Shown: in pieces, positions 25,828-37,865 of the stretch
How positions within the stretch are numbered: the stretch's first letter is position 1
Layout: each line of letters opens with the position of its first letter
DNA from: Acanthaster planci
Taxonomy: Eukaryota
Assembly (NCBI RefSeq): GCF_001949145.1
Contig: NW_019091401.1
Location: forward strand, 434,001 to 496,000
Direction of reading: 5' to 3'
Length of the DNA: 62,000 nt
Notes under the pieces: generated by a model
The model's input: the letters and a program-made list of their open reading frames with translations, nothing else
What the model was told of the DNA's origin: nothing
The model's database searches: none
Translations under genes and position numbers: made by a program

Positions 25828-26699
25828 NNNNNNNNNNNNNNNNNNNNNNNNNNNNNNNNNNNNNNNNNNNNNNNNNNNNNNNNNNNNNNNNNNNNNNNNN
25901 NNNNNNNNNNNNNNNNNNNNNNNNNNNNNNNNNNNNNNNNNNNNNNNNNNNNNNNNNNNNNNNNNNNNNNNNNNNNNNNNNNNNNNNNNNNNNNNNNNNN
26001 NNNNNNNNNNNNNNNNNNNNNNNNNNNNNNNNNNNNNNNNNNNNNNNNNNNNNNNNNNNNNNNNNNNNNNNNNNNNNNNNNNNNNNNNNNNNNNNNNNNN
26101 NNNNNNNNNNNNNNNNNNNNNNNNNNNNNNNNNNNNNNNNNNNNNNNNNNNNNNNNNNNNNNNNNNNNNNNNNNNNNNNNNNNNNNNNNNNNNNNNNNNN
26201 NNNNNNNNNNNNNNNNNNNNNNNNNNNNNNNNNNNNNNNNNNNNNNNNNNNNNNNNNNNNNNNNNNNNNNNNNNNNNNNNNNNNNNNNNNNNNNNNNNNN
26301 NNNNNNNNNNNNNNNNNNNNNNNNNNNNNNNNNNNNNNNNNNNNNNNNNNNNNNNNNNNNNNNNNNNNNNNNNNNNNNNNNNNNNNNNNNNNNNNNNNNN
26401 NNNNNNNNNNNNNNNNNNNNNNNNNNNNNNNNNNNNNNNNNNNNNNNNNNNNNNNNNNNNNNNNNNNNNNNNNNNNNNNNNNNNNNNNNNNNNNNNNNNN
26501 NNNNNNNNNNNNNNNNNNNNNNNNNNNNNNNNNNNNNNNNNNNNNNNNNNNNNNNNNNNNNNNNNNNNNNNNNNNNNNNNNNNNNNNNNNNNNNNNNNNN
26601 NNNNNNNNNNNNNNNNNNNNNNNNNNNNNNNNNNNNNNNNNNNNNNNNNNNNNNNNNNNNNNNNNNNNNNNNNNNNNNNNNNNNNNNNNNNNNNNNNNN
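25828..26699. other. Assembly gap
   Basis: Run of N. Confidence 1.
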
Positions 26700-26762
26700 G
26701 TGTTCAGTTCTTTTTTCCTCTTTCCATTATCATTGTTATGATATGTTATCCCCAATGCCGAC

Positions 26763-27075
26763 TCAGCCTAGGACTAAGGCTACAATGGTGTCCATACATT
26801 CTTGAAAGATGTCCTGGCTGACTGACAAGCCAAAAGGAAGCCTCTGAAAGCAAAATCGACCTAATGCTGTGCGAAAAGTCGTCAGCTCCTGGGAGGACTC
26901 ATCCAAGTGGACAGACCAGTAACCAGCCTTCGCATCCAACTTCGAGAATAATTTGGCTTGTGAGCACTCAGGGTTCAACTCTTCCAGTGCTTGTACCTTG
27001 TGACAACAACGTTTGAGGTTGCCATTCAGGCATTTTGGATCCAAACATAAAGGCAATTACCCACCTTTCTTGACA
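26763..27075 (-). mobile_element. Ty3/Gypsy reverse transcriptase fragment
   Basis: LCLDPKCLN...FSKLDAKAGYWSVHLDESSQELTTFRTALGRFCFQRLPFGLSVSQDIFQECMD. Confidence 0.9.
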
Positions 27076-27079
27076 CTCG

Positions 27080-29853
27080 TGGTGAGTGGGCTGCACCACT
27101 CAGAGCAGACCGGTTACCTACGCTGTGGTCTGCATTGTGCTTGTGTAACCGCATAGCGTCCACCGGAGTCGCGCCGACTAATGCAGGGAGTGGCCCATGT
27201 ACTATCTACCCATACCTGCATGCCTCAAATGAAGGGTAACTGAGAACGGTGGTTTGAGGCGTTGGGGCGCTCAGTAAGGCTGGCGCATGAACGGCGTGGG
27301 GTCTTCCCACCGCCAGCCTTGTCAGACACACTGCATGAATCGGGAGATTTATGATTCATGGCGGTACCAATGCCCAGGATGCAGGTGGTGTTGTTCCCAC
27401 ATTGCCTGGCGCTGTCTCTATAAGGGGGTCTTCCCAGAGCGGGCAGGGGGTAGAATTAGTCTTCCCGGAAGGCAGCTAGAAGACTGGATGTTGAGAGTTT
27501 GAAGGCCCCAACCGTATTGCCTCTATAAGGGCTGTCCTAGAAACAATGGAACGTAGACCCAAGATGTATCAGCATCACTGTCATGCCAGGATATCAAAAT
27601 TGAAAGGGGAAAATTGCCGACAGTCAATGTCATCTTTTGGTGACCCGGTCTGTTGCTTGGACTGAAACACAGCTGTGTCAGAATGGGATCCATGGATGCT
27701 CCTGTACGTAGCAGAATGTTCTGCATAGTTGTCTGTGACTGCAGAACAGGCTAAGGCTGCAGGAACCAGGAGAGGCTGGTCCGGGTCCGGAGCGGTAGAA
27801 GCCGATGTGGGTTTGTCTCTCAGGCTGAGTGGACGAGGGAGGACAGAGATTTGTTAACAGACTGGAATGCTGTCATCCATGGTTCAGGGGAGTGTTCCCG
27901 TTGCTTGTAATGACATCTCTGCTCGGTTTGAAGAAACCGATGAAGAACAAGTGCATTTGCCCTCGAGTCTGGAACGTGGGGGGGGGGGGTGAATTAGCAG
28001 CCAACATGGAACGCAGGGGGTGAATTAGCAGCCGACATGGTGGGTGAGGTCGGAGGCTCATCCCCCATAGGGCAGGCAGGAACTTGGCTGGACACCATCT
28101 TCTTGGGCAATGGGCCAGCTGAGAAAGGCCCCAGTTTCCTGGGAATACCAAGCTGAAAGCCGTAGCCCCGGATGGGTTGTGGAGGTCAGAAGCCGTGGCG
28201 GCATAGTGGCCCGGTAGGCTCCACAATGCCCGGTGAGTTCTTGTTGGGTGTCCCAGTACCGTGAGCCGAGGAATCATCAGGCGGGCCTGACCCGGTGGAA
28301 TGTGGGGGGCCCGACCTGGCGTTGTCGGTATGAGGCCAACTAGAAGTCTGATCGGCCGATGCTACCGAGGATGCGGCTTTGCATGCTGGCATAGTAGGTA
28401 GGCTCCACGGTACCCGATGAATTCTTGTTTCGTGTCCTGGTACTGTGAGCTGAGGAATCATCAGGTGGGCCTGACCTGGTGGAACGTGGGGGGGGGTGGC
28501 CCTGACCTGGCATTGTCAGTACGAGGCTAACTAGATGTCTGGTCGGCCGATGCTACCTAGGATGTGGCCTTGCATGCTGGTGTAGTAGCCCGGGTAGGCT
28601 CCACAGTGCCCAGTGAATTCTTGTTGGGTGTCCCGGTACTGTGAGCCAAGGAATCATCAGGCGGGCTTGATCTGGTGGAATGTAGGGGGCGCATCCTAGC
28701 AACGTCGGTATGAGGCACACTAGATGTCTGGTCGGCCAATGCTACCAAGGATGCGGCCTTGCGTGCTGCAGAGCTATGATGGCCGGTAGCCGTTGCGGGC
28801 GGCAGGGGGGAGAGGAGCCCCGTTGGCCCACTGGCTTTTCTGAGCCATAGGCGGTCGATCAGCCGACTCATTGCGTCTTAGGCAGTCGGTGGAGGCACTG
28901 GCTCAGTTGACTATAGGTTGTATGTTGGAGGGCGGAGAGATAGAATGGTTGTAAGTCAAGAATGTCACGGGGGGGGGGATTCTGATTACCGCAAAATCCA
29001 GCATCGCGGTTGATGCCAAAGTCCTCATCTGAGCCGCTTAGGATACAGATCACCCACTCACGCGGCTTGGCCTTGCCCTCATTTTGTAAGAGATCAGAGC
29101 TTATACATGTATGAACAACATGGGCTCGATCCAGCCACATCAATTGGCTCCGTGCACGACTCTGAGGCACTTCCTATTACAAACCCCCCACTCGCAGATA
29201 AGGCCTATTTCCTCGTCAGAGCCACATATACGAGTGAATCACTCATGTGGCTAGGCCTTCTCCCCGTCCTACCACGTTATTGAGAATCGCCCACTCAAGC
29301 GGTTAGGCCTTAATCCAAAATGGCTGCTTAAATAAGGGAGCACCAGCTCCAGTGGTTAACCCTAACCCTCCTCAATCCTTCACCTGTTGGAGGACTGAGC
29401 AGTGTTAGGGTTAAAAGGGAAACCGCTAAAAAATACAATCCGCCCTCTCATGCAGCTAGGGTTGTGTGGATTATATGGGCTGCTAACGTGTGAATGCACC
29501 CACACTCAAGCAGCAAGGCCTATGGGGAATGTAGGGTTGACCGTTCCTCGTAACACTGACGGTAAACACCTGCAGAATGCTCACAAAGAAAAAGAAAGAA
29601 CAGGGCACCAAAAACAAGGAAAAAGCACTCTTACCAACAAAATTAAAATTACACAAGGTAAAAATTTATTCACGAAATACGGCCGGATGATTCAAGTCAA
29701 CACAGAACCGTGTAGCAAAAACGGAACTCGAAGATGTCTGAAAGACACGTCCGTTGCTATACGGCACTGAGAAAAGAATGACGAACATGGCGGCATGACC
29801 GCAGTGCACAGTGGGAGATCAAGGGGCACTATGGATGATCTGATCTTTTCAGT
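27080..29853 (-). mobile_element. Unclassified GC-rich element relic (possibly a DIRS/Ngaro- or LTR-type 5' region with a gag-like repetitive ORF)
   Basis: Abrupt GC increase, Pro/Ala/Ser-rich repetitive reading frames on the minus strand, hairpins at 29200-29259 and 29355-29414. No diagnostic catalytic motif found. Confidence 0.4.
28197..28768. repeat. Three tandem ~190-bp repeats
   Basis: GAATCATCAGG recurs at 28271, 28456 and 28651, with colinear flanks. Confidence 0.9.
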
Positions 29854-30582
29854 GAATAGCTATACGCAAATGGGAAATTTGCATATGTGTAGTGACTGTT
29901 TGGGTGCTAGAGCGCCATAGATCTGTGATTTTAAACTTCCTCCAATGGCAAGTCTTACCATGACTAGGTTAGAGATACAGCAAACAAATGTGCTACAGGC
30001 AAATTGTATCTGTAACGATGAATATTCCTAGAGATATAGGCATTAATGGACATTTATTTTGTTCACCAAATTTTAAATCCCATTCTGATAAAAGCGAGTA
30101 AACATAGAAAGCTTGATTTGGTGAACATGAAAGAAAATGTTCAAATTATCAGAGAAGCCCAAGGGGCCCAAGGAGCTGGATAATGTGGGCCTTTGTTGTA
30201 ATTCATTTATCCTATCAACTTAGTCCCACTAACTTGGATGTTTATGTTTATACTTTCTTCGGATTGAAGCCTAAGGTTCGGTCTGTCGAACATGAACGAG
30301 AAGACCAAACTCCAAAATCAAGAAAGGAAGTATACAGACGTCCCAGTAATTGCTACTTTCAATTCAATTTGGCTTAATGTCATACATAACGTCCATTTGT
30401 GTCAGTGTTCTTTCATTACAGCCCCAAATTACATTGCCAAAATGTATCTCATTTCTATTCCTGTACTCAGAGTCATAAAATGTAACTTTTTAATTTTTCA
30501 ATAACGAATAGATTCATGACTAGATACTTCAGTTTTTGGAAGACTGTGTTTCACATTATGGGGTAGCCTGATTATGATCCTC

Positions 30583-31805
30583 CAGGCCCGTAGGCTGGGG
30601 GGGGGGGTTTCGTGGGGTTCGAACAAACTCCCACTCACTTCTGAGTTCCGCTCGTTGGTGTGTGTTTTTAGTTTTTTGGTAATAAATATATAATTTTAAT
30701 ATACTACAATTTTCGGAATGTAAGCTGCTGTTTATACATTGATTCTCACACGGAAAATATCTCTGCGGTTTGTAATGAACTGCAGGCAGTTTATACGCCA
30801 ACGTTTAAAGAATGAAATCAGTCACTAAACACCGCTCCATGCCTCAACGCAGCCTAACCTGGGCCGCCGCCACGGCCGGCCAGCCACGCGTACCAGCGGC
30901 ACAGCGCAGCATTCTGGGCGTGGGGACAAGGCTGTGATGTTTTCATTGATTGCCGTTTACATTGGCGCTACTCACGTGTTGGAAATAAAGGAAACTAGTC
31001 CAGAAAGACTGAATAGACTTGTAAATGCCCTGTAAGTACCGAATGCACCTCACATATTATGTGGTACGTCTGTTCATTTTGTCTTATATGGTTGTGTAAT
31101 TATCATTCTACCGGTCTTAAAAAGAACAGCTGCATGGCCCACCCAGCAAGGACTCAGGACACTCATCCAGCCCACTAAAATTGGTGTTTTCGAGGACTCG
31201 AGAAAGTTTAGGCATAATGAAAACACTGGTTCGTGCGCTGCTTCACGTCACAATTGAAGAATGCGCAACGGAATGTGGTGCGGACCCTATGGGCACTTCG
31301 AAATTTCACTTCTTACGTTTGTGGATGGAGCAATATTTTATCTCAAATTTCACGAAAGGTGAAATTGAATCAAACTCTAAATATTTTGATTCATAAATGT
31401 CAATTTCATATACCCGCTACAAAGTTCCAATGACATGTTAATTTGGTCTGATTTTCTGATTTTTTTTCCGATGTGCAAAATGAAATGTGCCCTAAAATAT
31501 ATAATAATGTTCATATCATCCACTCGCCGTCACCCAGTGCCCGATTCAAGGTGCAGGGTGATGAACAAATTCATTACCAGGCCAATTTACAATACGCCGT
31601 GAATATTGAAAACTGAAGTAGAGAGCCTATACAAGTCTTACATGCATCCTTCAGTTCTCGACAAACATGGAACTTGTTCAATGTTGTGCTCCAAAGCACA
31701 TTATGATAGGCCTTAGTATAAAAATATGCATTCACAGTGCCAAAAGTTCCACTTTTGGGTTTGACGAACCCCCCCCCCCCCGTCTCTGGTCAGGCAACGG
31801 GCCTG
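30583..31805. mobile_element. Non-autonomous hAT-like element
   Basis: Inverted ends CAGGCCCGTAG..G-run..GGGTTCGAAC / GACGAACC..C-run..CAACGGGCCTG. Flanks GATCCTC / GATCCCC resemble a degenerate TSD. Confidence 0.7.
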
Positions 31806-32109
31806 GATCCCCTTTCCATAACAGTTACGTGGTGCAGTGCACAGTCGATGGAGAAAATAGTATCAGAATTTGGAATTTTGAATTTCTTACGCAATTTTTC
31901 TCGAATCTAAAATCAGTACAAGTACAACAATTAAGAACTGAGAAGTGTTAAACACAGCCTGAGACCAATGGTTTCATGCGAGTTCGAGACAGAGATTTAC
32001 AAAAAGTGTCCTATACATGCGCAGAATCATTTAGATTTGGTTTAGGCAAAGATCATCTACATAATCACATTTATCATGCTACAAACTACAACATCATGCA
32101 GTTCCTTCT

Positions 32110-33440
32110 GTTTGATCAGACGGTAACAGAGACTTTAGCCCGTCTCCGGGTAGTGTTTGATCAGGTAAGCCAGGTCAGTCTCAAATTGAAGCATTGAAGG
32201 TTGATGCAGTGGCAAACTAGCCAACTCCGAGGTGCGTATGAGAAGTGAGAAGTTTCTTGGGTCTCGCCTCGTACTACCAGAGATTCATACGGGGGATTTG
32301 CAGAAATTACAAGCCCACTCCATGCCTTGATGGCGAAGTCAAAGGAGTTCGTGTGGGCTGAGAGTTGTCAGGAGGCATTTAACGAGCTGAAGAGCAGGCC
32401 ACTCCAGTTCTGTCATACCCGATTCCCAAAGGTGACTTCATCTTGGGCACTGATTTCAGTGGTGACAGCATTGGGTCAGTCTTGTACCAGCTTTAAGAAG
32501 GTGACGAAAAAGTGCTTGCTTACGTGAGCCCGAAACTCAGCAAACCCGAGCGAAACTATCGTGTCACTCGTAAAGAATTGCTGGCTGTGGTGGTATATTT
32601 GAAGTATTTCAAACAATACCTATATGGCTGGAAGGTTACCATCAGGACTGACCATGCGGCATTGCTGTAGGTACTTAATTTTAAGAACCCTGAGGGTCAG
32701 TTAGCGAGATGCTGGAGGTTTTGTCTCAGCACGACTTGGTTGTAGAGCACAGATGTGGCAAGAAGCATGGAAATGCTGATGGTGTTGAGATGGCCATGCA
32801 AACAGTGCGGCTGTGAGGAAGAGGTCAATGGAGTTGAGGCAACTAGTGTGGTACCCAAGGGTCAACCTCCAGGGAGTAAGTTTTTTGGTTGGGGGCGTGG
32901 CCATCTGACCAGTCCTGTCTGGGAGTGTTTTAAGAGAAGCACAAGTGCAGGATGACACAGTGAGTTGGCTCATAAGGTCAAAAGAAGAGGAAAATAATCG
33001 GCCAGAGTCGAAGACAATTTCCTGGTTGTCAGCGACCTGCAAGACGTATTGGGACGCAGTGGCACCACGAAGGTGTGCCACACCGACAATGTGACTCAGA
33101 TGACACTAAGTCCATTCGGTGGCTGTTGGTGTTGCCACCATAGTTCTGCAAGGAAGTCATTGCTGAGTTGCATGGTGGGCAAAGTGGCCACTTAGGTGTC
33201 AATAAAACATTGGCCAAAGTTAAATTTCGATATTTCTGGCCAGGTATGTCTGCGGACGTACGGTCAAATCTGAGGGGATGTGATATTTGTGCCAGAAAGA
33301 AGTCCACTGCCAAAGGAAGGGTCGCTTTCTTACAGCAGTATTCAGTTGGGATTCCAATGGAGCTAGCAGCTAGTGACTTGCTCAGGCCATTGCCTGTGAT
33401 GGACAATGGCAAACATTGGATTTGGGTCATTGGCGACAAC
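32110..33440 (+). mobile_element. Ty3/Gypsy pol fragment (RT end, RNase H, integrase zinc finger), decayed
   Basis: VRSFLGLASYYQRFI, SKPERNYRVTRKELLAVV, TIRTDHAAL, HGGQSGHLGVNKTLAKVKFRYFWPGM..CDICARKK. Confidence 0.92.
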
Positions 33441-33468
33441 TCTTATGAGGGTCGATCTACCTCGGGAA

Positions 33469-33694
33469 TGTCACGACTACACAATTTAAAGAAGTCTCAT
33501 GAAATGAAATATATAGAAACCAAACAACTTAATTCAACAAACTTGTGCAACACATCATGACGAGACGTACCTCAAGGCCACGCTGACGACCACTGCCCTA
33601 TGCGGCCATACCCGTCTGCCTTATATAAGCCGAGAACCCTAATCTATGCTAAATTACATTCCTCACTGGCACAGGCTAAACAGTTTACATAACA
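33469..33694 (-). repeat. 3' LTR (226 bp) of the chromodomain Gypsy element, with adjacent PPT
   Basis: TG...CA bounded (TGTCACG...ACATAACA). Polypurine tract GAAGGAAAAGGGGCATA on the minus strand at 33695-33711. Confidence 0.75.
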
Positions 33695-34115
33695 TATGCC
33701 CCTTTTCCTTCAAAATCGGTTCCTGCGATTTTAAATTATATTAAATTTTAGCGAACAGTTACACAATATTCCCCATAAGTTTTGTGTAAATTCAAACCTC
33801 TTGAAAGATGACAAATGCCGGCCGGGCTTATAGAGAAGTTTTAGTTCAAATGACAAAACTTTAGATTTTTCCAAGTACTGTCTGAGTTCAGGGCTGTAGG
33901 CACATATTGAATCCAACTAAATAGGCTTATTTAAATAAACAAGTCTTCTTTTCCTCAAACAAATATCAAATTTCTTTGATCCAAAGCTTACATATATATG
34001 TACAAGTGCCCCTTAATTCTTTTTTTTTAAATAAACCGACACAATGTACATTGTAGTCACTGTTAAAATTAAATGAAACTTGATTAATAATCTGCACAGG
34101 GTGATTTTTAGGTAT

Positions 34116-34250
34116 TCAAGTCGCCTCATTAAGGTTTTCAACTGGCTCCCAAGTATTATACTTTGAAGGAAAGTCCTTCCATTTGATGAGAAAGTTCAAA
34201 TTTCCGTTCTTGACCTTTCCATGGATGACTTTTTCAACCTCATACTGCTG
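34116..34250 (-). pseudogene. Integrase C-terminal chromodomain
   Basis: QYEVEKVIHGKVKNGNLNFLIKWKDFPSKYNTWEPVENL. Confidence 0.92.
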
Positions 34251-35044
34251 CTCGTCAGAAGCTGGAGTGGGTAGTGCTGGTATATTAAGTGGTTCATCAA
34301 CTTTTGTGGAATGTTTCACTATTAACGGCTGGAAAGAGTCTGGGGGAAGATCAGAGTCGCATACGTCCGGAAGAGGGGCACTATGAAGGTCATCTGGAGT
34401 AACTTGACTCGATGGACACTTGTATGGATCCTATGTGAATTTCATGCGATTGACATGAATCAGAGATAACAATTTATTGTTCTCTAGGTTTCTAACCATG
34501 GAGTTTGTAGGTCCAGTTTGCTTCACAAGTAAGTGAGGTCCACACCACTGTTGATTAAATTTCCTAGATAGACAAGTTTGTGTAGTCGTAAAGAATATAC
34601 ACACACAATCTCCAACCTGGTACTCAATGTTTGTTGCATGATCATCGAAGCGCTCCTTCATCACAGCCTGGTTTTTCTGGAGATGCTGTTTTGAGACCTC
34701 ACGGAACGTCTCCAGCTGATTCACTAGATGATGCAAGTGCTCACGTACTGTCTTGTCTTTCTCCCCCTCCGGCTTGAGAAGTGAGATGTCCAATGGAAGA
34801 ACAGCCTCTCTGCCCTACAGGAGGAAGAATGGGCTAAACCCGGTGCTTGTCAGCTGGACAGGTTCGGTAGGTGAAGTGGATGGATGGGATGCAATCTTCC
34901 CAATCTGTATGAAACTGATTAACATAGTGTGAAATTGTATCCAAAATAACAGCATTAATATGAGTAAAACAATTGCGGTTTACACCATGGATTAATCTCT
35001 TTCTTGAGTATGTGTGGTTCTGAGAAGAACCGGGGAACTCAACC

Positions 35045-37865
35045 NNNNNNNNNNNNNNNNNNNNNNNNNNNNNNNNNNNNNNNNNNNNNNNNNNNNNNNN
35101 NNNNNNNNNNNNNNNNNNNNNNNNNNNNNNNNNNNNNNNNNNNNNNNNNNNNNNNNNNNNNNNNNNNNNNNNNNNNNNNNNNNNNNNNNNNNNNNNNNNN
35201 NNNNNNNNNNNNNNNNNNNNNNNNNNNNNNNNNNNNNNNNNNNNNNNNNNNNNNNNNNNNNNNNNNNNNNNNNNNNNNNNNNNNNNNNNNNNNNNNNNNN
35301 NNNNNNNNNNNNNNNNNNNNNNNNNNNNNNNNNNNNNNNNNNNNNNNNNNNNNNNNNNNNNNNNNNNNNNNNNNNNNNNNNNNNNNNNNNNNNNNNNNNN
35401 NNNNNNNNNNNNNNNNNNNNNNNNNNNNNNNNNNNNNNNNNNNNNNNNNNNNNNNNNNNNNNNNNNNNNNNNNNNNNNNNNNNNNNNNNNNNNNNNNNNN
35501 NNNNNNNNNNNNNNNNNNNNNNNNNNNNNNNNNNNNNNNNNNNNNNNNNNNNNNNNNNNNNNNNNNNNNNNNNNNNNNNNNNNNNNNNNNNNNNNNNNNN
35601 NNNNNNNNNNNNNNNNNNNNNNNNNNNNNNNNNNNNNNNNNNNNNNNNNNNNNNNNNNNNNNNNNNNNNNNNNNNNNNNNNNNNNNNNNNNNNNNNNNNN
35701 NNNNNNNNNNNNNNNNNNNNNNNNNNNNNNNNNNNNNNNNNNNNNNNNNNNNNNNNNNNNNNNNNNNNNNNNNNNNNNNNNNNNNNNNNNNNNNNNNNNN
35801 NNNNNNNNNNNNNNNNNNNNNNNNNNNNNNNNNNNNNNNNNNNNNNNNNNNNNNNNNNNNNNNNNNNNNNNNNNNNNNNNNNNNNNNNNNNNNNNNNNNN
35901 NNNNNNNNNNNNNNNNNNNNNNNNNNNNNNNNNNNNNNNNNNNNNNNNNNNNNNNNNNNNNNNNNNNNNNNNNNNNNNNNNNNNNNNNNNNNNNNNNNNN
36001 NNNNNNNNNNNNNNNNNNNNNNNNNNNNNNNNNNNNNNNNNNNNNNNNNNNNNNNNNNNNNNNNNNNNNNNNNNNNNNNNNNNNNNNNNNNNNNNNNNNN
36101 NNNNNNNNNNNNNNNNNNNNNNNNNNNNNNNNNNNNNNNNNNNNNNNNNNNNNNNNNNNNNNNNNNNNNNNNNNNNNNNNNNNNNNNNNNNNNNNNNNNN
36201 NNNNNNNNNNNNNNNNNNNNNNNNNNNNNNNNNNNNNNNNNNNNNNNNNNNNNNNNNNNNNNNNNNNNNNNNNNNNNNNNNNNNNNNNNNNNNNNNNNNN
36301 NNNNNNNNNNNNNNNNNNNNNNNNNNNNNNNNNNNNNNNNNNNNNNNNNNNNNNNNNNNNNNNNNNNNNNNNNNNNNNNNNNNNNNNNNNNNNNNNNNNN
36401 NNNNNNNNNNNNNNNNNNNNNNNNNNNNNNNNNNNNNNNNNNNNNNNNNNNNNNNNNNNNNNNNNNNNNNNNNNNNNNNNNNNNNNNNNNNNNNNNNNNN
36501 NNNNNNNNNNNNNNNNNNNNNNNNNNNNNNNNNNNNNNNNNNNNNNNNNNNNNNNNNNNNNNNNNNNNNNNNNNNNNNNNNNNNNNNNNNNNNNNNNNNN
36601 NNNNNNNNNNNNNNNNNNNNNNNNNNNNNNNNNNNNNNNNNNNNNNNNNNNNNNNNNNNNNNNNNNNNNNNNNNNNNNNNNNNNNNNNNNNNNNNNNNNN
36701 NNNNNNNNNNNNNNNNNNNNNNNNNNNNNNNNNNNNNNNNNNNNNNNNNNNNNNNNNNNNNNNNNNNNNNNNNNNNNNNNNNNNNNNNNNNNNNNNNNNN
36801 NNNNNNNNNNNNNNNNNNNNNNNNNNNNNNNNNNNNNNNNNNNNNNNNNNNNNNNNNNNNNNNNNNNNNNNNNNNNNNNNNNNNNNNNNNNNNNNNNNNN
36901 NNNNNNNNNNNNNNNNNNNNNNNNNNNNNNNNNNNNNNNNNNNNNNNNNNNNNNNNNNNNNNNNNNNNNNNNNNNNNNNNNNNNNNNNNNNNNNNNNNNN
37001 NNNNNNNNNNNNNNNNNNNNNNNNNNNNNNNNNNNNNNNNNNNNNNNNNNNNNNNNNNNNNNNNNNNNNNNNNNNNNNNNNNNNNNNNNNNNNNNNNNNN
37101 NNNNNNNNNNNNNNNNNNNNNNNNNNNNNNNNNNNNNNNNNNNNNNNNNNNNNNNNNNNNNNNNNNNNNNNNNNNNNNNNNNNNNNNNNNNNNNNNNNNN
37201 NNNNNNNNNNNNNNNNNNNNNNNNNNNNNNNNNNNNNNNNNNNNNNNNNNNNNNNNNNNNNNNNNNNNNNNNNNNNNNNNNNNNNNNNNNNNNNNNNNNN
37301 NNNNNNNNNNNNNNNNNNNNNNNNNNNNNNNNNNNNNNNNNNNNNNNNNNNNNNNNNNNNNNNNNNNNNNNNNNNNNNNNNNNNNNNNNNNNNNNNNNNN
37401 NNNNNNNNNNNNNNNNNNNNNNNNNNNNNNNNNNNNNNNNNNNNNNNNNNNNNNNNNNNNNNNNNNNNNNNNNNNNNNNNNNNNNNNNNNNNNNNNNNNN
37501 NNNNNNNNNNNNNNNNNNNNNNNNNNNNNNNNNNNNNNNNNNNNNNNNNNNNNNNNNNNNNNNNNNNNNNNNNNNNNNNNNNNNNNNNNNNNNNNNNNNN
37601 NNNNNNNNNNNNNNNNNNNNNNNNNNNNNNNNNNNNNNNNNNNNNNNNNNNNNNNNNNNNNNNNNNNNNNNNNNNNNNNNNNNNNNNNNNNNNNNNNNNN
37701 NNNNNNNNNNNNNNNNNNNNNNNNNNNNNNNNNNNNNNNNNNNNNNNNNNNNNNNNNNNNNNNNNNNNNNNNNNNNNNNNNNNNNNNNNNNNNNNNNNNN
37801 NNNNNNNNNNNNNNNNNNNNNNNNNNNNNNNNNNNNNNNNNNNNNNNNNNNNNNNNNNNNNNNNN
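35045..37865. other. Assembly gap
   Basis: Run of N. Confidence 1.
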
